From the NCBI RefSeq assembly GCF_006345805.1, contig NC_043009.1, positions 69,006,001 through 69,070,000 on the forward strand: a stretch of 64,000 nt of DNA, read 5' to 3'. Source of the stretch: Octopus sinensis. Lineage: Eukaryota. Both the position numbers and the translations under genes were made by a program. Under the pieces are notes generated by a model. The model worked only from the letters and a program-made list of their open reading frames with translations, was not told the origin of the DNA and did not search any database. Positions 62,047-64,000 of this stretch are shown in pieces (the first letter of the stretch is position 1; each line of letters starts with the position of its first letter).

Positions 62047-62417
62047 CTAGCACTATGACCCGGCAACACCAGGTCATAGTGCAAGTGCATGCATATACAG
62101 CTGCATGCGTGTGCACATACACACGAGTACTGTCCAAATCTCAGACCAATCACATACGGCTAAACTGGCATTCAATTGACGTATCAAATTTCGGGCATTT
62201 TGATTGGGTTTTGGATAGAAAATTCATAAAAAGTCACTTCTATTGATTTTTTTAATGGCTTTGCAGGGTGACTGGGGAAATGTAAAGATGTGCACGACCA
62301 CCCTTGGACGGTTTTGAATGACCATAGAAAGTGCGAGCCCTCTAACTGAAACATTGTGGATTTGTATAAAGGACACGCACACAGACAGACAGGCATTTTG
62401 CTGTTTATATATAAAGA
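62047..62417 (-). mobile_element. Non-autonomous Helitron 1
   Basis: Minus strand begins TC (plus GA, 62416-62417) and ends CTAG (62047-62050) followed by T; subterminal hairpin GCACTATGACC...GGTCATAGTGC; no TSD. Confidence 0.75.
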
Positions 62418-63052
62418 CTAGCAGTATCGCCCGGCGTTGCTCGGGTTTGTAAGGGAAATAACTATATAAGCATTTTTAGAGAGTTATAGCCAAAAAATAG
62501 CAAAAAATGCATTAAAAATGGAAAAAATATGATGGTAAATTTTTTTAAAATCGTTGACTCATCGTAGACATTTTTAGAGAGTTACTTCCCTTATATAATA
62601 GCGAAAAAATGCATTAAAATGGAAAAAAACGATGGTAAATTTTTTTTTAAATCGTAGACTCATGTAGACGCTTTCTTAGCCATTTCTGTTTTGGTGTCTT
62701 CAAGCCATGAAGTCGTTGTTCTAAAAGAACACTGGTCTCCTTGACAACGCATTACGACGTTGATTTCCTTACACTCCCTTCCCCACAGGTGCAGGTGTGA
62801 CCATGGACGCCAACTCCGCCGCCATCGACACACTAAAAATTATGCATTAAAATGGAATAAAAAATGATGTTAAATTATTTTTTAAATCGTAGACTCATCG
62901 TAGACGCGCGCTAATATTCAGACGGGCTCGATATGAATCACGACTATAAGCTACCCGAATTTGGTTAAACTGCACCGCAAAATGTGGGAGTAGTTAGGAA
63001 TCTAAATCGAAGGGGACAGACACTCACACAACTACAGTTTTATATATATAGA
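62418..63052 (-). mobile_element. Non-autonomous Helitron 2 with internal repeats
   Basis: Minus strand A|TCTATATATA ... hairpin CCCGAGCAACGCCGGG ... CTAG|T; three internal copies of TGCATTAAAA..GGAA...GATG.TAAAT...AAATCGT.GACTCAT.GTAGAC. Confidence 0.8.
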
Positions 63053-63074
63053 TATACATAGCGCAGTAGTGGTG

Positions 63075-63418
63075 AGATGTGACAGCAAAGAAAAGCATAC
63101 ATTCACTCTCTGCATGCAATTAGACTCGGAAAGTTTGTGAGGAACACATTGACCCAATTTGCTGACTTTTCCGATAGCACACAGGTCTCAATGAATGGTT
63201 GAATGACCAAATCCAAGCTTCTCTGCTAGTTCCTCAACAGTTACGATGAGATTTTGTTCCACCAGGGTTTTCAGGATGTCCTTGTCGAGTTCTACAGATC
63301 TTTCAGGATGAGGCTCGTCTTCTAGGCTGTAGTTTATGGCTTGGGATTTCTGGAACCACCATTGACACAGCCTTACGCTTATTGTCCAATCCCCATATAC
63401 TGCATTAATATTTCTTGT
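63075..63418 (-). mobile_element. Mariner family 2 transposase N-terminal fragment
   Basis: RNINAVYGDWTISVRLCQWWFQK...SLEDEPHPERSVELDKDILKTLVEQN...TVEELAEKLGFGHSTIH; homologous to 61140-61300 and 39190-39260. Confidence 0.88.
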
Positions 63419-63489
63419 ACTTTGCACACATTTATATTCTGTTATTCTTTTATATGTTTCAGCCTTGAGGTTGTGGCCATGCTGGATCA

Positions 63490-63656
63490 TGTGTGTGTGT
63501 GTGTGTGTGTGTGTCTATCTGTCTGTCTGTCTGTATGTATATATGTATATGTATGTGTGTGAACAATAATATTTTCAACAGATGTGTTGCAAATGTATCT
63601 GATTGTTCTCAAGCTTCAATACTGTGTGTGTGTATGTGTGTGTGTATGTATGTATG

Positions 63657-63692
<36 letters not shown>

Positions 63693-63710
63693 TGTGTGTA
63701 TGTATGTATG

Positions 63711-63749
<39 letters not shown>

Positions 63750-63785
63750 ATGTATGTATGTATGTATGTATGTATGAGTGTATGT
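63490..63785. repeat. (TG)n/(TATG)n microsatellites
   Basis: Direct reading. Confidence 0.95.
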
Positions 63786-64000
63786 TTACTTTATTACTAA
63801 CACAAGCCACTACGGTAAAGTCTTCCTCAAATCACTCTCTCTCTCGATATTTACTCTCTTCCAAGAACATTTTCACTCACTCTTAGCTCTTAGCTTCCCA
63901 TACATTTTACTCATGTATCTATCAGCGTCATAGACAGAATACTTTCAGTTTAGTCTTCCTCAAATCACTCTGTCGCTCTTTACTTTCATTTTATTCGTTG

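Overview
Eukaryotic, AT-rich, very repeat-dense DNA. The SINE families, the microsatellite load and the mariner/RTE remnants point to a coleoid cephalopod, most likely Octopus (inferred from recalled repeat sequences, not from a search). No complete protein-coding gene is recognisable, so this looks like a long intron or intergenic tract. Almost all ORFs in the track are microsatellite or SINE artefacts. Supported features: a degenerate U6 snRNA retrocopy; a frameshifted, intronless RPS21-like pseudogene that the ORF track splits; RTE-clade LINE fragments; four mariner remnants from two families; several hAT MITEs with 8-bp TSDs; piggyBac-type TTAA MITEs; two non-autonomous Helitrons in tandem; many copies of about six SINE-like families; a minisatellite with a 134-bp higher-order repeat; and a 1.1-kb (TA)n(TG)m array. 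The most unusual signal is a recurrent set of unrelated 150-320 bp fold-back (palindromic) elements. One carries a Penelope-type minimal hammerhead ribozyme motif in both arms. There is also an inverted duplication of flanking DNA around a mariner remnant. A few isolated candidate exons are reported at low confidence. Repeat boundaries were read by eye and are approximate unless a TIR or TSD is quoted.
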